Virus record (IMG/VR): IMGVR_UViG_3300024999_000057
Coordinates: 38,670-102,669 of that record
From: a virus
Length of the DNA: 64,000 nucleotides
Reading direction: 5' to 3' (one strand)
Part shown: positions 15,991-25,780 of the stretch, piece after piece
Numbering within the stretch: the stretch's first letter is position 1
Layout of the letters: each line of letters opens with the position of its first letter
Notes under the pieces: model-generated
The model's input: only the letters and a program-made list of their open reading frames with translations
Told to the model about the DNA's origin: nothing
Database searches by the model: none
Translations under genes and position numbers: made by a program

Positions 15991-18221
15991 TGCTGAATTG
16001 ATGTCGTTCCGTCCTCGTGTTTAGTAGCTCTGATTATGCTCGTGTAGGTCATCGGCAGCGCCAGTTCGGAGTGAGCGATAATGGCGATGCAGCGGCCCTG
16101 CTCCTTCAGGTAGCCCAGCACCTCAAAAAGTCCAGCCTTCCCCTCTTCATCCAACGACCCGAAGATTTCATCGAGGCAAAGCACGTTGAACGAAGAGGAG
16201 CCTGTGGCTTCCAAAATTTCCAACGTAGCGAAGAGGCAGGACATCTTGACCCTCGCCTTCTCACCCTCCGACCAGTTCGCCCACTTGACCGTCTTGTGGC
16301 TGTCGGTGACCGTGAATTGGACCTCACCATCTTCATCGAGATAGAAGACGCACGCGATTCTTCCCGAGGTGATCATCTCCGAATATTTCCGGATCAGGAT
16401 GTTGAAGCTCCTCAGGAACCTGTCGATTTTCCTGACTCGGTAACCCTTCGGCCCGAGGATTCCCAACCAATTCCTGATGTCCTCCAAGGTACTTTCTGCC
16501 TGAAACAACTCATTTCTGGAAGCGTCCAATCGGAGCAATAAATCCCGGTTGTTTTCCTCGACCTGACGATTAAGTTCTTTTCGGGCTCTCGATAAAGCGT
16601 TGTGGTCCTTGGCCTTGGTTACTTCAGTATCAATTTGGGAAACCTCGTTTTTTACTGAAATCAACTTAGAAACCAATTCGCCCAACTTCAAATCAATAGC
16701 CATCAAAACCAGAGGATCAACCTCAACCGCAGGACCAACTTCAGCTTTCAACCGGTTCAACTCGAACTGCCTCTGCTCGAACTGCAGGTGCTCCATCCCG
16801 ATTAATACCGCTTCCTGCAAGTTCAATTGAATCCGACGCTTGCGATCCTCGAAGCAACTCACATCAAGCTGAGCTTGATTCCCGTCGATCTTGGTATCCG
16901 GGTTGGCTTCGAGCTTTTCAAGCTCCTGAGTTTTCCTGGTGATTTCCTGCCAAGCCTTCTGGATGAGGCGGTACTTTGAGAGGGAGGACTCGCATTTTTC
17001 GATGAGAGCATTGTCGGCTTCGATCTGAGCAGAAAGCTCTTCGATCTGCCCTTCAAACTGCGTCGAGTCAACCGAATGTCCGCAGGTAGGGCAGGCACAG
17101 GACTTCGCGGAATTCTCAAGGCTCAGGCGCTCCGATCCCTTCTGACTTCGGGCAACCTGCGTCTTCGTCTTGAGGTTCTCGATCTTCCTCAGTTGCTCCT
17201 CAGCGAACTCTGCTTCAACTTCAGGAGTTTCCAATTTGGAAAGTTCTTCCCTCAATGGAAGCAGCCGCTCGATCTGAGGCTTGGCCTTTTCGTACCTAGC
17301 GAGAACCCCTTGAGCCTCTTGAAGCTTGGATTCGGTGAACCTGAGTTCTTCCTGAAGCTTAGTTGCTCTGCTTTGTGCGTCTTCCTTCGATAAAGAGGGG
17401 AGTTCGAAGGTTTTAATCTCGTCTTCTAACTCCTGAATCTTCTCTTGTGTCGCTTGGTTCGCCTCGGCTTTTTTCAATAGCTCTGTGAGATCGCTTCGAT
17501 CTCTGGAGAGTTCCAGTTGCTGAGCTTTCAAGTTATCAACTTCAACCCAAAGATTCTTCAGTCTGGATTCAAGCTCAGCAACCTCGACTTCCTCAAGTTC
17601 AGGCTGAGGATGAACCACGCCCTGCTCCATCAACTCGATCTGCTTCTGGAGCATCAGGATCTTGCCATGCTTTCCTGCGAGAGCCTTTTCCTTCTCCTTC
17701 ATCCGGTCGAATTCAGCGTCGAGTTCATCCAGGCGATTGACTCTGGAGATGAACTTTTTCCTCTCGCCATCGGAGGAGGATTCGAGGAGATTCAAGGAGC
17801 TTTTCGGGCTCTGGTAAACGAGATCCACGAAAGTTGAATAGTCGGTTTCGAGGACCTCTTCGAGGAACTTCAGGTTGTCCGGGATTCGCTTCAGGTGCCG
17901 CTTGTGCTTCGCTCCGTTGACCTCTTCGTAAATCTCGATCTCACCGGTCTTCTTCGAGTTCTTGACATACCACTCGGAAGCGCCCTTGGTGAACCAGATT
18001 TCGATCTCATAAGGCTGGCCTGTGATCTCGTTATTCACGTCGTCTACTTTGGTGCCCTTCGGGTTCTTGTTGAACAGGCCCTGGATCAGCGTCAGGAAAA
18101 GGCTCGTCTTGCTGGCGCCGTTGTTGCCGATGACCGAGTGAATTCCATTCTCGAACGTGAAGTCGAGGTACTTGTAGGCGAAGCAGTCTCGGGCCACTAC
18201 TCGGGTGAACTCGACTACCAC
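15987..18221 (-). CDS. sbcC: SbcC/Rad50/gp46-like SMC ATPase
   Basis: GNNGASKTS Walker A, coiled coil, CPTCG zinc hook, WSEGE signature, LCLDE Walker B, IIAH. Confidence 0.92.
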   Translation of the reverse strand: MVVEFTRVVARDCFAYKYLDFTFENGIHSVIGNNGASKTSLFLTLIQGLFNKNPKGTKVDDVNNEITGQPYEIEIWFTKGASEWYVKNSKKTGEIEIYEEVNGAKHKRHLKRIPDNLKFLEEVLETDYSTFVDLVYQSPKSSLNLLESSSDGERKKFISRVNRLDELDAEFDRMKEKEKALAGKHGKILMLQKQIELMEQGVVHPQPELEEVEVAELESRLKNLWVEVDNLKAQQLELSRDRSDLTELLKKAEANQATQEKIQELEDEIKTFELPSLSKEDAQSRATKLQEELRFTESKLQEAQGVLARYEKAKPQIERLLPLREELSKLETPEVEAEFAEEQLRKIENLKTKTQVARSQKGSERLSLENSAKSCACPTCGHSVDSTQFEGQIEELSAQIEADNALIEKCESSLSKYRLIQKAWQEITRKTQELEKLEANPDTKIDGNQAQLDVSCFEDRKRRIQLNLQEAVLIGMEHLQFEQRQFELNRLKAEVGPAVEVDPLVLMAIDLKLGELVSKLISVKNEVSQIDTEVTKAKDHNALSRARKELNRQVEENNRDLLLRLDASRNELFQAESTLEDIRNWLGILGPKGYRVRKIDRFLRSFNILIRKYSEMITSGRIACVFYLDEDGEVQFTVTDSHKTVKWANWSEGEKARVKMSCLFATLEILEATGSSSFNVLCLDEIFGSLDEEGKAGLFEVLGYLKEQGRCIAIIAHSELALPMTYTSIIRATKHEDGTTSIQQ

Positions 18222-18926
18222 TCCTCTTCCTCCTTTTTAAGCTTAATGGATTCAGTGCATTCAAATTGAGCGATGTCTTCAATTCCAAGCAAACACTCCG
18301 CGCACAATTTGTAAGTGGCACCAGGAGCTGATTGTCTCTGGATTTTAAAAATTATTTCTTCTGGCCCAGCACCACAATTATCACAGACCCCTAGTCCCAC
18401 TCCTCTTCCTCCTGAGGAATCGTGTAGGATTTCTCCTTAACGACCCTGCCCACGAAGAGGCCAAGGAAAAGGACTTGGAAGGCGAACCCCCTCAACGACG
18501 GAATGAAGAGGAAGGGGAAAATCATGTCGTCCAGGTAGCCCATCGCGGAAAACTCGAAGTCGATTCCGAAGAGCCTTAACCTGAGAGCTACGGTCCTGTT
18601 GGGCTCGTTCAGGGAACCTTCGATTTCAAATAAATCTGAGAATTTCATTTTAGTCCTCCGAACACAAACGACTCCCCGAAATCGGTAATCAAGATGTAAG
18701 TCCTACCAGGGCGCACGTAACACTTCTCCTCTAGCCACAGGCGCAGGAGCACGACAACTTCTTCCCAAGTTTCTGGTTCGTCAGTGTCGTAGTAAGAAGG
18801 CCACGGATTGAACCAATCAACCATCTGCATAACCACAGGCTTACTTCCGTCGAAGCAGAACCCCTCCGGGTATTCGAGGGGAAGTTCGAACACGCGGCAA
18901 AAATTTGTTTCTTCTGTGGGCCTCAC
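18215..18926 (-). CDS. three small hypothetical genes (18215-18400 Zn ribbon, 18391-18648 membrane, 18645-18926)
   Basis: Overlapping start/stop chain between sbcD and sbcC. Confidence 0.55.
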
Positions 18927-19297
18927 ACCACCTCCCCTGAGAAGAGCAACTTCTCAACTGAATCCCAGTCCACGAAAGGACGTTCGAATTCATCAAGCCC
19001 TTTGCAAAGGGGAACCCCTAAAGCCGCGTCGTCGATGTAGAGGTGTGCGTAGATTTTGGGGCTTTGGGTCCAGCGTTTCTGCCCCGGATTCTCGTTGATG
19101 CTCCAGAGTTCAATTTCGTTTTCCTTGAACCAAGCCACAGCGTCTTCCAATTCTTTGCCACTCCGCATCGTGTAGAGGATGAGTTGGTGGCCTTCGCCAG
19201 TGAGCTTTTTAAGAACGGGCTGCGCTCCGATTTCTCTCCCAATCTTCGGGTACTCGTGCGTTACGCAGGTACCGTCGAAATCAACTGCGATTATCAA
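18923..19297 (-). CDS. HAD-superfamily phosphatase
   Basis: IAVDFDGT, LYTMR, KIYAHLYIDD. Confidence 0.88.
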   Translation of the reverse strand: MIIAVDFDGTCVTHEYPKIGREIGAQPVLKKLTGEGHQLILYTMRSGKELEDAVAWFKENEIELWSINENPGQKRWTQSPKIYAHLYIDDAALGVPLCKGLDEFERPFVDWDSVEKLLFSGEVV

Positions 19298-20292
19298 GCT
19301 GCCTCCTTGTAGACCATCATCATCCGGTCGATTTTATTTTCGTCGTACCCAAGTTCCTTCAGATAGGAAGCCAGTTCCTCGTCGAGCGAGGCGTTGATGA
19401 TTTCTTCTTGCTCTCCTGAATCCTGAACCAAAACCTGCAAAGCCTCAGGCACCTTCACCAACTTGACGTTGGATTGAGGCGCTGAAATGGTCTTCAACTC
19501 AGGCACGGTGCCGGTGACCTCGATCCGGTAGAAGTCGGTTTCGTTTAAAGCAGGAAATTCCTCATCCGCTCGAATTCGGATCTGAATTAGTGAGGGCAAA
19601 TTTGTGGCTATTCGCTCGTACTTCGCGGTGCCCTTGTCAAGGGTCAGGAGGACAACTCCGGTATCGACCGAGGTTTGAAACTCCTTGTTGACCGGGTGGT
19701 TCGTGTAGACGAGCTTGCCTACTGAGTAGGGGGCGTGAATATCTGAACAAATAGCCAAATCGAAAGGCTCCAGCAAATGATCGACATCAATTTCCTCCTT
19801 GACGAACTGGTTGTAGTTGCATCGGAAGTGAGAGATCAAAATGTTCAGCTTGGTGCCAGTCACTGTGGGTCCAGAATAGGTGCCCAAGGAACAATGATTT
19901 ACAAAGTGCAGCGTGCAATTTTCGTCAGGCAGGTGATGAACCCAAGGCTTCGCTTGGTAATTCAGCTTGATCGTCTTGTCCTTGCCCATGTCCAGGTACT
20001 GGAAAGTGTCCTTGCCTGGCCCGATCTGTTCGTGATTTCCAGAGATCAAGTAGACTTCGATACCGGCCTCACGACACATCCTGAAGAAGATAAAAGCAAG
20101 CTCTTGCTCCTCAAGCTCGGGCTCACATTTCTCCCAAAGATCCCCTGCTATGATCAACTCCGCGTGGTTGTGCAGGCAGGCCTCGATCAGGAACTCGAAG
20201 AGTTGCATGTAGCGGTCGATCTGCCAAGCGAAGGGAGCCTCTTTGCGAAGCCAAATGTGCCAATCCCCGCTGCAAAGAAATTTTCTAGCCAC
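19294..20292 (-). CDS. sbcD: SbcD/Mre11/gp47-like nuclease
   Basis: GDWH, AGDLWE, SGNHE, SDIH; GTG start with GGAGG RBS; near sbcC. Confidence 0.88.
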   Translation of the reverse strand: MARKFLCSGDWHIWLRKEAPFAWQIDRYMQLFEFLIEACLHNHAELIIAGDLWEKCEPELEEQELAFIFFRMCREAGIEVYLISGNHEQIGPGKDTFQYLDMGKDKTIKLNYQAKPWVHHLPDENCTLHFVNHCSLGTYSGPTVTGTKLNILISHFRCNYNQFVKEEIDVDHLLEPFDLAICSDIHAPYSVGKLVYTNHPVNKEFQTSVDTGVVLLTLDKGTAKYERIATNLPSLIQIRIRADEEFPALNETDFYRIEVTGTVPELKTISAPQSNVKLVKVPEALQVLVQDSGEQEEIINASLDEELASYLKELGYDENKIDRMMMVYKEAA

Positions 20293-20695
20293 CCGACCTC
20301 CCCACTCCCATCGCACATTTTTTGAACTCCATTTCCTGCAACGGCTTCAACGTGGGATCACAAGGAAGGCTGGTAAGCCCGAAGCAGTTCAGCCTCACGT
20401 CGGTTTCGACCCAGACTTCATCTACGAGGCCTCCACGCATAACCTGATAACCAGGAACCACAAATCCTTCCGCCTTCTCCAAAAGCCCAACAAGAAGCTC
20501 GCCTTCGATGATCAGCTTGTTGTCCAAGACCTTCGCTGAGTCCACGAAGCCAACCTTGACGTGCTGGTTGAAACCATCAAGAATCGGAATCTCCTTCCCT
20601 TGTACGGCCTCAGCCATCTGGTAGAGAGCTTCAGGCGCAAACCTGTCTCCTTTGAGATCTACTGCGGTTGATGCTGCTTCTGCGATGAATCTCAT
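20285..20695 (-). CDS. degenerate HK97-type prohead-protease-like protein
   Basis: AASTAVDLKGDRFAPEAL...IPILDGF...KVGFV...LIIEGEL...VPGY...FGLTSLPCDP; catalytic His and Ser positions not conserved. Confidence 0.5.
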   Translation of the reverse strand: MRFIAEAASTAVDLKGDRFAPEALYQMAEAVQGKEIPILDGFNQHVKVGFVDSAKVLDNKLIIEGELLVGLLEKAEGFVVPGYQVMRGGLVDEVWVETDVRLNCFGLTSLPCDPTLKPLQEMEFKKCAMGVGRSGG

Positions 20696-20932
20696 TTAAG
20701 CCACCTCGTCTTCCGGCAGATCCTTGTCACAGCCGAACAAGGTGTCCATCCCGTACTCCTCATTGGCTTCGCAGGCAATGTCGCCCAGGATCGAATCAAT
20801 CTCTTCGAGAGCATCGGTGTCGATCTCGTCGAAATTGCGAAGGCCACATAGCCGGTCGAGGACGTAGGCCCGAGCCTCTTTGAGCCGCTCCGGGTCGATT
20901 GCGAGATGATAAATTTTGAATTCTTCGTTCAT
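20696..20932 (-). CDS. small acidic hypothetical protein
   Basis: AAGGAG RBS, start MNEEFKIY. Confidence 0.6.
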   Translation of the reverse strand: MNEEFKIYHLAIDPERLKEARAYVLDRLCGLRNFDEIDTDALEEIDSILGDIACEANEEYGMDTLFGCDKDLPEDEVA

Positions 20933-20944
20933 TTTGGATCTCCT

Positions 20945-21248
20945 TAAATTAGGCGGCAGACTTCCACGCGGTCTGCCAGCGCTGCCTGAATAACTACCGT
21001 AGAGTACAGGCTCCTCCCCTTTCACACGCTCAGGTCACTCATGTTAGGCTTGGGTACAACTACCGTAGAGCACAGGTTTGAGCTTCAAGCTCTCAGCAGC
21101 TGAGAACCTCAGAGGCTTGCGCTCCAAATCCGGTTGTACCAGCTACCAGCCTTAGCCAAATTAGGCCATGCCCTCAATGACGTGCTACTTGTCCGCGCTG
21201 CTTGCACCTCATGTTCCGAGGGAGAGGATCGGCGGGGTGATCTCGTTC
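20945..21248 (-). ncRNA. candidate structured non-coding RNA / leader
   Basis: ~300-nt intergenic stretch with many stems and a duplicated 19-mer (20992-21010, 21058-21076). Confidence 0.5.
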
Positions 21249-21458
21249 CTACAGAAAGGCCTGCTTCATTTTCTCAGCGAGCCTGGTTGCTTCCAGACTT
21301 TCACCAAGGTGCTTCTCGCGATCATTCATCAGATCTGAAATCTTGGTTTCGATACCATCTGCGATAGCGTCGTGCTTCGAGGAATGAAGTTCGAGTTCCT
21401 TGACAGCCTTCTGGAAGGTACCCATAATTTCGTCGATGGTTTTACTTTTGAGGAACAA
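21249..21458 (-). CDS. coiled-coil hypothetical protein
   Basis: AGGAG RBS, 69 aa. Confidence 0.6.
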   Translation of the reverse strand: MFLKSKTIDEIMGTFQKAVKELELHSSKHDAIADGIETKISDLMNDREKHLGESLEATRLAEKMKQAFL

Positions 21459-21580
21459 TTTATTCTCCTTTCCTGGTTATTTTTTAATCCATCTCCAAGC
21501 TACAACTACTCCGCAAGCGAAGCCACCTGAGCCAATAATCAAACACCCGATCACGAATGTGCTTACATCCACCAGCACAC

Positions 21581-21964
21581 TCATTTCACGGTGTCCTCAT
21601 CGGAGCAGCCCACGAGTTCCGGCTTGTATCCACAGAAAACCTTGACTTCCCTGAAGCCACCATTCTGCTGCGGGACCATGCCTACGGAGGTGACGAGGCC
21701 ATTGAAGTTGCTGTCGGAGGGCCTCACGTTGACGAGGGCGCCACGCTCTTTCGTCAGCACGATGTTGCCATCCGCTTCCTTGCGCTGAACAGGCCATTCC
21801 TTCTCGAAGTACCTCTTGGCGTTGATTTCAGCCAGCGTGCGCTCCTCTGCGGTCAGTGCATGGACGTTGGCTACGGTCGCTGCGACTTTTTCATCAGCGG
21901 ACTTTTTGCAGCCTGCGGAAAATGCAGCTACCACGATCAGCGCGAAAATTACGAGTTTGTTCAT
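21581..21964 (-). CDS. lipoprotein
   Basis: MNKLVIFALIVVAAFSAGC lipobox. Confidence 0.75.
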   Translation of the reverse strand: MNKLVIFALIVVAAFSAGCKKSADEKVAATVANVHALTAEERTLAEINAKRYFEKEWPVQRKEADGNIVLTKERGALVNVRPSDSNFNGLVTSVGMVPQQNGGFREVKVFCGYKPELVGCSDEDTVK

Positions 21965-22174
21965 TTTTTGGTCTCCTTTTTAATTTTTGGTTTTAGTTCC
22001 TGGTGCTCAGTATGTGCATCATGAGCATGTTGAAAGTTGCTTGAGAGTAATCCCCTTGGATCAGCGCCACAAGTCCTGCGATCCCAGACATGATTGCCAC
22101 AACCTGCGTAACCACTACCCAACCCGCTACGAGTAAATCTTTGGTTTCTTGTTTCAAAATTTTTACCTCTCCCA

Positions 22175-22221
22175 GAACAACTCCGCAGGCTCAGAGGAGG
22201 GAAAGGCCTGCGGAGTTGTTC
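22175..22221 (-). terminator. strong hairpin / terminator after the SSB gene
   Basis: Perfect 16-bp inverted repeat GAACAACTCCGCAGGC / GCCTGCGGAGTTGTTC. Confidence 0.65.
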
Positions 22222-22226
22222 ACTTT

Positions 22227-23156
22227 TTAGAAAACGATGTTGTCGAATTCGGCGTCTTGTGCTCCTGCACCCAAGCCACCAGAATTGCCAGCCCCTTTGC
22301 CCTCGATACTCATTCCGGCAGGCAGAGCTTTCTGCGCTTCTTCCTTGCGGGTAGCCGAGATCAGCTTGCGCTGAGTCTCGAAGCCCCTCACGGACTCGTC
22401 AACCGCCTTAACGGTCTCGGTCAGCAGCTTGCGCTCTTCGAGGGGATACGGGCGATCCTTCTGGAGGATTGGGGTTATGATCCAGTAGACGTTCGTGCCG
22501 TTGACCTGCTGCTCGGTGGTCAGGAGGGTCGGGAAGAAGTACAGCGGGAACTTCCCAGCCGAATCCAGGTACTGTTTGAAGGGCAGGAAGCTGGTGCCCT
22601 TGAAGTACATGATCGCGCCTTTTGTTTCCTCACCGATCTTCACCTCGACGAAGACCTGATACTGGCAAGTGCATTTTTCCGCCTTGTCAACGTCCTTCGC
22701 ACGGCGTGGGCATTTCCCGGACATGCACTCGAAGCCGAGATTGTCGCCTGCGGCTTTCTCGCCGGGATCGAGCACGAGCTGGCTCTGACAAATATGCTTC
22801 TTCACGTCCTTGACTTTGGTGCCATCCGGGAAGAAAGAAAACTTGGTCCCGAATTTGACCACGGTGATCTCCGGGTTAGCCCCGCAGTCGATGCCGATGT
22901 CTTCAACAATCGTGTTTTTCCCGTCCTGCTTGGTGATCTGGTTGTACACGAAGTTCCCCATCGGAACGGTGTTGCCTTTGGCGTCTTTAATCGGGAACTT
23001 GTTGATCTTGAGCGTCGGGGTCTTATCGAACGAAGCGTTGGTGGCCTGTCCGGTCGCACCAAGTATTTCCCGGATTTCGTCAGGAGTCATTCCTTCAAAA
23101 AGGTCTGCCAGATTTACAGATGCTGCTGCGTTAGTTTTTTCAGTTGCTTTTGCCAT
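22227..23156 (-). CDS. single-stranded DNA-binding protein (putative)
   Basis: Beta-rich core with Cys cluster, Gly-rich linker and acidic/aromatic tail AEFDNIVF; replication context. Confidence 0.6.
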   Translation of the reverse strand: MAKATEKTNAAASVNLADLFEGMTPDEIREILGATGQATNASFDKTPTLKINKFPIKDAKGNTVPMGNFVYNQITKQDGKNTIVEDIGIDCGANPEITVVKFGTKFSFFPDGTKVKDVKKHICQSQLVLDPGEKAAGDNLGFECMSGKCPRRAKDVDKAEKCTCQYQVFVEVKIGEETKGAIMYFKGTSFLPFKQYLDSAGKFPLYFFPTLLTTEQQVNGTNVYWIITPILQKDRPYPLEERKLLTETVKAVDESVRGFETQRKLISATRKEEAQKALPAGMSIEGKGAGNSGGLGAGAQDAEFDNIVF

Positions 23157-23235
23157 TTTGAGATTTTCCTTAAATAATTTGAGATAGTTGGGTTCCCTCC
23201 CTGATTTTTGAAATTCATTTGTGAATTGTTGGTGG

Positions 23236-23263
23236 AAAAGAGGAGCCCTCCGAAGAGGGCTCC
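23236..23263 (-). terminator. intrinsic terminator
   Basis: GGAGCCCTC-TTCG-GAGGGCTCC-TCTTTT on the - strand. Confidence 0.85.
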
Positions 23264-23271
23264 AATCAAAA

Positions 23272-23661
23272 CTACAGCGCGTCTACCATCGCCCTAAGCT
23301 GCTCAAGGGATGCACCCAGGAGCTTCTCGTCTTCCTTCTGGGCGATGATCGACATGAGTTTCTGCTTCTTCTCCTTGGACTCCTTGATCCTCTCAGCAGC
23401 CTCGGCCTCGTTCAGCCTGACTTCGATGACCCGCTTGATGACCTCGAACTTGAGTTGGAGTACGGCGTCGAGATTCTTGCTCTTGACGACGAAGCTCTCG
23501 GTGTCGCTGTCCTTCAGCTTGCGGTGTAGGTCCTTGGCAATATTGTCTAGGCAGGCGCCGTTGTTGACTGCGGTGAGTGGGAGATCCCATAGGTCCTCGG
23601 TGCTGAGGTTGCCCTTGGGAGACTCGAAGCGAATTTTCATCCTGCTGGCTTTTTCGAACAT
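23272..23661 (-). CDS. conserved phage protein, partner of the upstream YfaP-domain gene
   Basis: MFEKASRMKIRFESPKGNLSTEDLWDLPL start and coiled-coil C-terminus. Confidence 0.7.
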   Translation of the reverse strand: MFEKASRMKIRFESPKGNLSTEDLWDLPLTAVNNGACLDNIAKDLHRKLKDSDTESFVVKSKNLDAVLQLKFEVIKRVIEVRLNEAEAAERIKESKEKKQKLMSIIAQKEDEKLLGASLEQLRAMVDAL

Positions 23662-23672
23662 TTTTCTTCCTC

Positions 23673-25682
23673 CTAGAAGTTGATTTTGAGGGTGCGAGTG
23701 AAGCTACCCTTGACTCTGCAAAGTACGCTGCTGCGCTGCGTTGAGGAGAACCCGATGCCACTGAGTTGGTTCTCGGATTCCTCGACCTTCATCTTGGAAC
23801 CGACGACCTCGAAGACCTTCCGGTGCGCGTTCAATTCCTCGTTCAGGAACTCGTTGTAGAAGCCCCTGGCCTTGCCCTCGTTCACACACTGGTCGAGCAT
23901 GAAGAAGAAGTGCTTGTTGCCTACGCCGTGCCCGTCCCAGTGGTTCGGGGAGTGCATCAGGACGTTGACCTTGTGAAAGGTCTGTGTCGGGAGGCCCCAG
24001 ACGACTTTCGAGGTCTGCGAAGAAGGCAACGACTTGATGATCTCGAAGCCGTCCTTGTGGCTGTACTTGATCTGGGCGACCTCAACGTATTCGCCTGAGC
24101 GCATCGCCTTGGGGTAGACGAAGTTGTGGGTGGTTCCGCCGAACTCGATCTCCACCTCGAACCCAACGTCGCTGCTATTTCTCGACTGGTACTGGTTGAC
24201 CTGCAGCGTGTAACCGCCCTCGCGCATCCGGCGCTTGTCGGCGTAGTAGATGTTCTCAGCAGGATCGGTCCTCATCCCGTCTGCACCGTTTGCGTCCAGG
24301 TCGAGGCGCCCACCGTTCGGAGATAGCTTGCGACGATTCGAGTAGTAGATTCTCTGCCCGTTGGGCTCAACCATGTGGAAATCGAGGTCGTCGGTGTTGT
24401 TCCACGCCAGCCTGCAGCAGAGAGCCCCATCGACCTTCCCACCAGCCTTCTTGACGCGCTCCTTGATCGAGTCCGCCACATCCCCTGTGTACGACCACGA
24501 GAAGTTGTTCGGCCACTTGAACATGCCCTTGGCATCTGCTTCGATGGGTGCGATCAGGCTGACCATGTTCCCGGCGTGCTTGTTCTCAAGCAGGATCTCC
24601 AGTGACTCCACCTTCGGTAGAACATTGGAGATGAATTCTGTGATCCCGATTTCTTCAACTCGGTCGAAACTTTTCATGTTCTCGGGAACCGCACTAGCCA
24701 GTTCCTCGAAGACGTTCATCCGCTGCTTGGATTCACGGTTCGCGAACAGGATGTTGTTCACGGTGATGTCCTCGGTGACCGCGTACCTGCGTTGGAGGGC
24801 AGAGGTTAACCCGAGTTCCTCGATTGTCCTCTGTGCCTTCTCGATCATGCCTTTGGTGATCAGAGCAGTTGGGCGCTTGTAGTTGCTGGGCGCCACCTTT
24901 GCCTCGAACGAACCCACAGACGGCTCCAAGTCCTTGCCTTCGGAGAGGTCCACCAGCAAAGTCCCGATGACCGTGCCACGAATCTTGGAGACGGACTGCG
25001 GAACGCTCTTCAGCTTTGACCAGCAGAAGATGTCGTGCTGCGAAGACGGAAGCTTGGAGAATTCCTTCTTCAGCTTCAAGAAGCTCTCCACAGCGAACTT
25101 GTGCTCCTCGCCACGGTACAGCGAATTCTGAGCGATCAACTCCAGTACCGTGTCGATGGAATCCATCGATATTTCCTTGAGGCTCCTCAGGAAAACGTCC
25201 TTGGTGCTCCTGGACTCGGACAGTCTGGAGCCGATGTCGAGCCCTTTGACCACTCGGTCGGTCGGGACCTTGATGTAGAAGTGTTCCCAGGTAAGCATTT
25301 CTCCCGAATCTGCCTGCTGGAAATTTTTGTCAACCCCAGCTACGGACTCGGGGTGGAGGAAGATGTTGCTGATTTCACTGGACTTGACCAGATTGGACAG
25401 CGCATCCGCCACGACCTGATAGAAGCCACCCGGCTGCGCGTCCCAGATGCTGACCACTTTCCCGTCGATGATGGCAACTACGTCGCCAACCGCTCTGATA
25501 AAGGATCTACAGCAGGTGCAATCGTGCTCCGTGCGTTCTTTGTAGATCGGGTTAGTGCCCTCCGGGAAGCTGCTGAGGTAGGTCTCCCAGAGAAGATCCT
25601 TGGAAACCTCGGCGCGAAAAAGCTCGTGCTGCTTCATCAAATCGAACTGCTTTTGAACCGCTACCTTGAAATCGTTGAACAT
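23673..25682 (-). CDS. large conserved phage protein with a YfaP/DUF2135-like domain
   Basis: N-terminal HDCTCC; RLAWNNTDDLDFHMVEPNG...LDLDAN...PAENIYY YfaP-like motif. Confidence 0.7.
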   Translation of the reverse strand: MFNDFKVAVQKQFDLMKQHELFRAEVSKDLLWETYLSSFPEGTNPIYKERTEHDCTCCRSFIRAVGDVVAIIDGKVVSIWDAQPGGFYQVVADALSNLVKSSEISNIFLHPESVAGVDKNFQQADSGEMLTWEHFYIKVPTDRVVKGLDIGSRLSESRSTKDVFLRSLKEISMDSIDTVLELIAQNSLYRGEEHKFAVESFLKLKKEFSKLPSSQHDIFCWSKLKSVPQSVSKIRGTVIGTLLVDLSEGKDLEPSVGSFEAKVAPSNYKRPTALITKGMIEKAQRTIEELGLTSALQRRYAVTEDITVNNILFANRESKQRMNVFEELASAVPENMKSFDRVEEIGITEFISNVLPKVESLEILLENKHAGNMVSLIAPIEADAKGMFKWPNNFSWSYTGDVADSIKERVKKAGGKVDGALCCRLAWNNTDDLDFHMVEPNGQRIYYSNRRKLSPNGGRLDLDANGADGMRTDPAENIYYADKRRMREGGYTLQVNQYQSRNSSDVGFEVEIEFGGTTHNFVYPKAMRSGEYVEVAQIKYSHKDGFEIIKSLPSSQTSKVVWGLPTQTFHKVNVLMHSPNHWDGHGVGNKHFFFMLDQCVNEGKARGFYNEFLNEELNAHRKVFEVVGSKMKVEESENQLSGIGFSSTQRSSVLCRVKGSFTRTLKINF

Positions 25683-25719
25683 CTGAACCTCCTTTGTTTT
25701 GTCTTCAATCCATATTTGA

Positions 25720-25748
25720 ATTCTAATTCATTTCTGACTTTTTGTCAA
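25720..25748 (-). promoter_or_regulatory. sigma70 promoter TTGACA-17-TAGAAT with operator-like sites in the spacer, at +1 and upstream
   Basis: -35 at 25743-25748, -10 at 25720-25725; palindromes at 25708, 25726, 25756. Confidence 0.85.
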
Positions 25749-25780
25749 GATAAAAATTCACTTGTGAATACTTTCTGGTG

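Noticed and set aside
20980-21080. Group I/II intron or known riboswitch
   Set aside because: GGGGAG...TACTCTAC resembles a group II domain VI end, but there is no domain V and no group I P7 motif. Resemblance to c-di-GMP-I or yybP motifs is only fragmentary.
21149-21175. tRNA gene
   Set aside because: The 5' acceptor/D-arm-like stretch has no anticodon arm, TTCG T-loop or matching 3' acceptor strand. No complete tRNA was recognised in the window.
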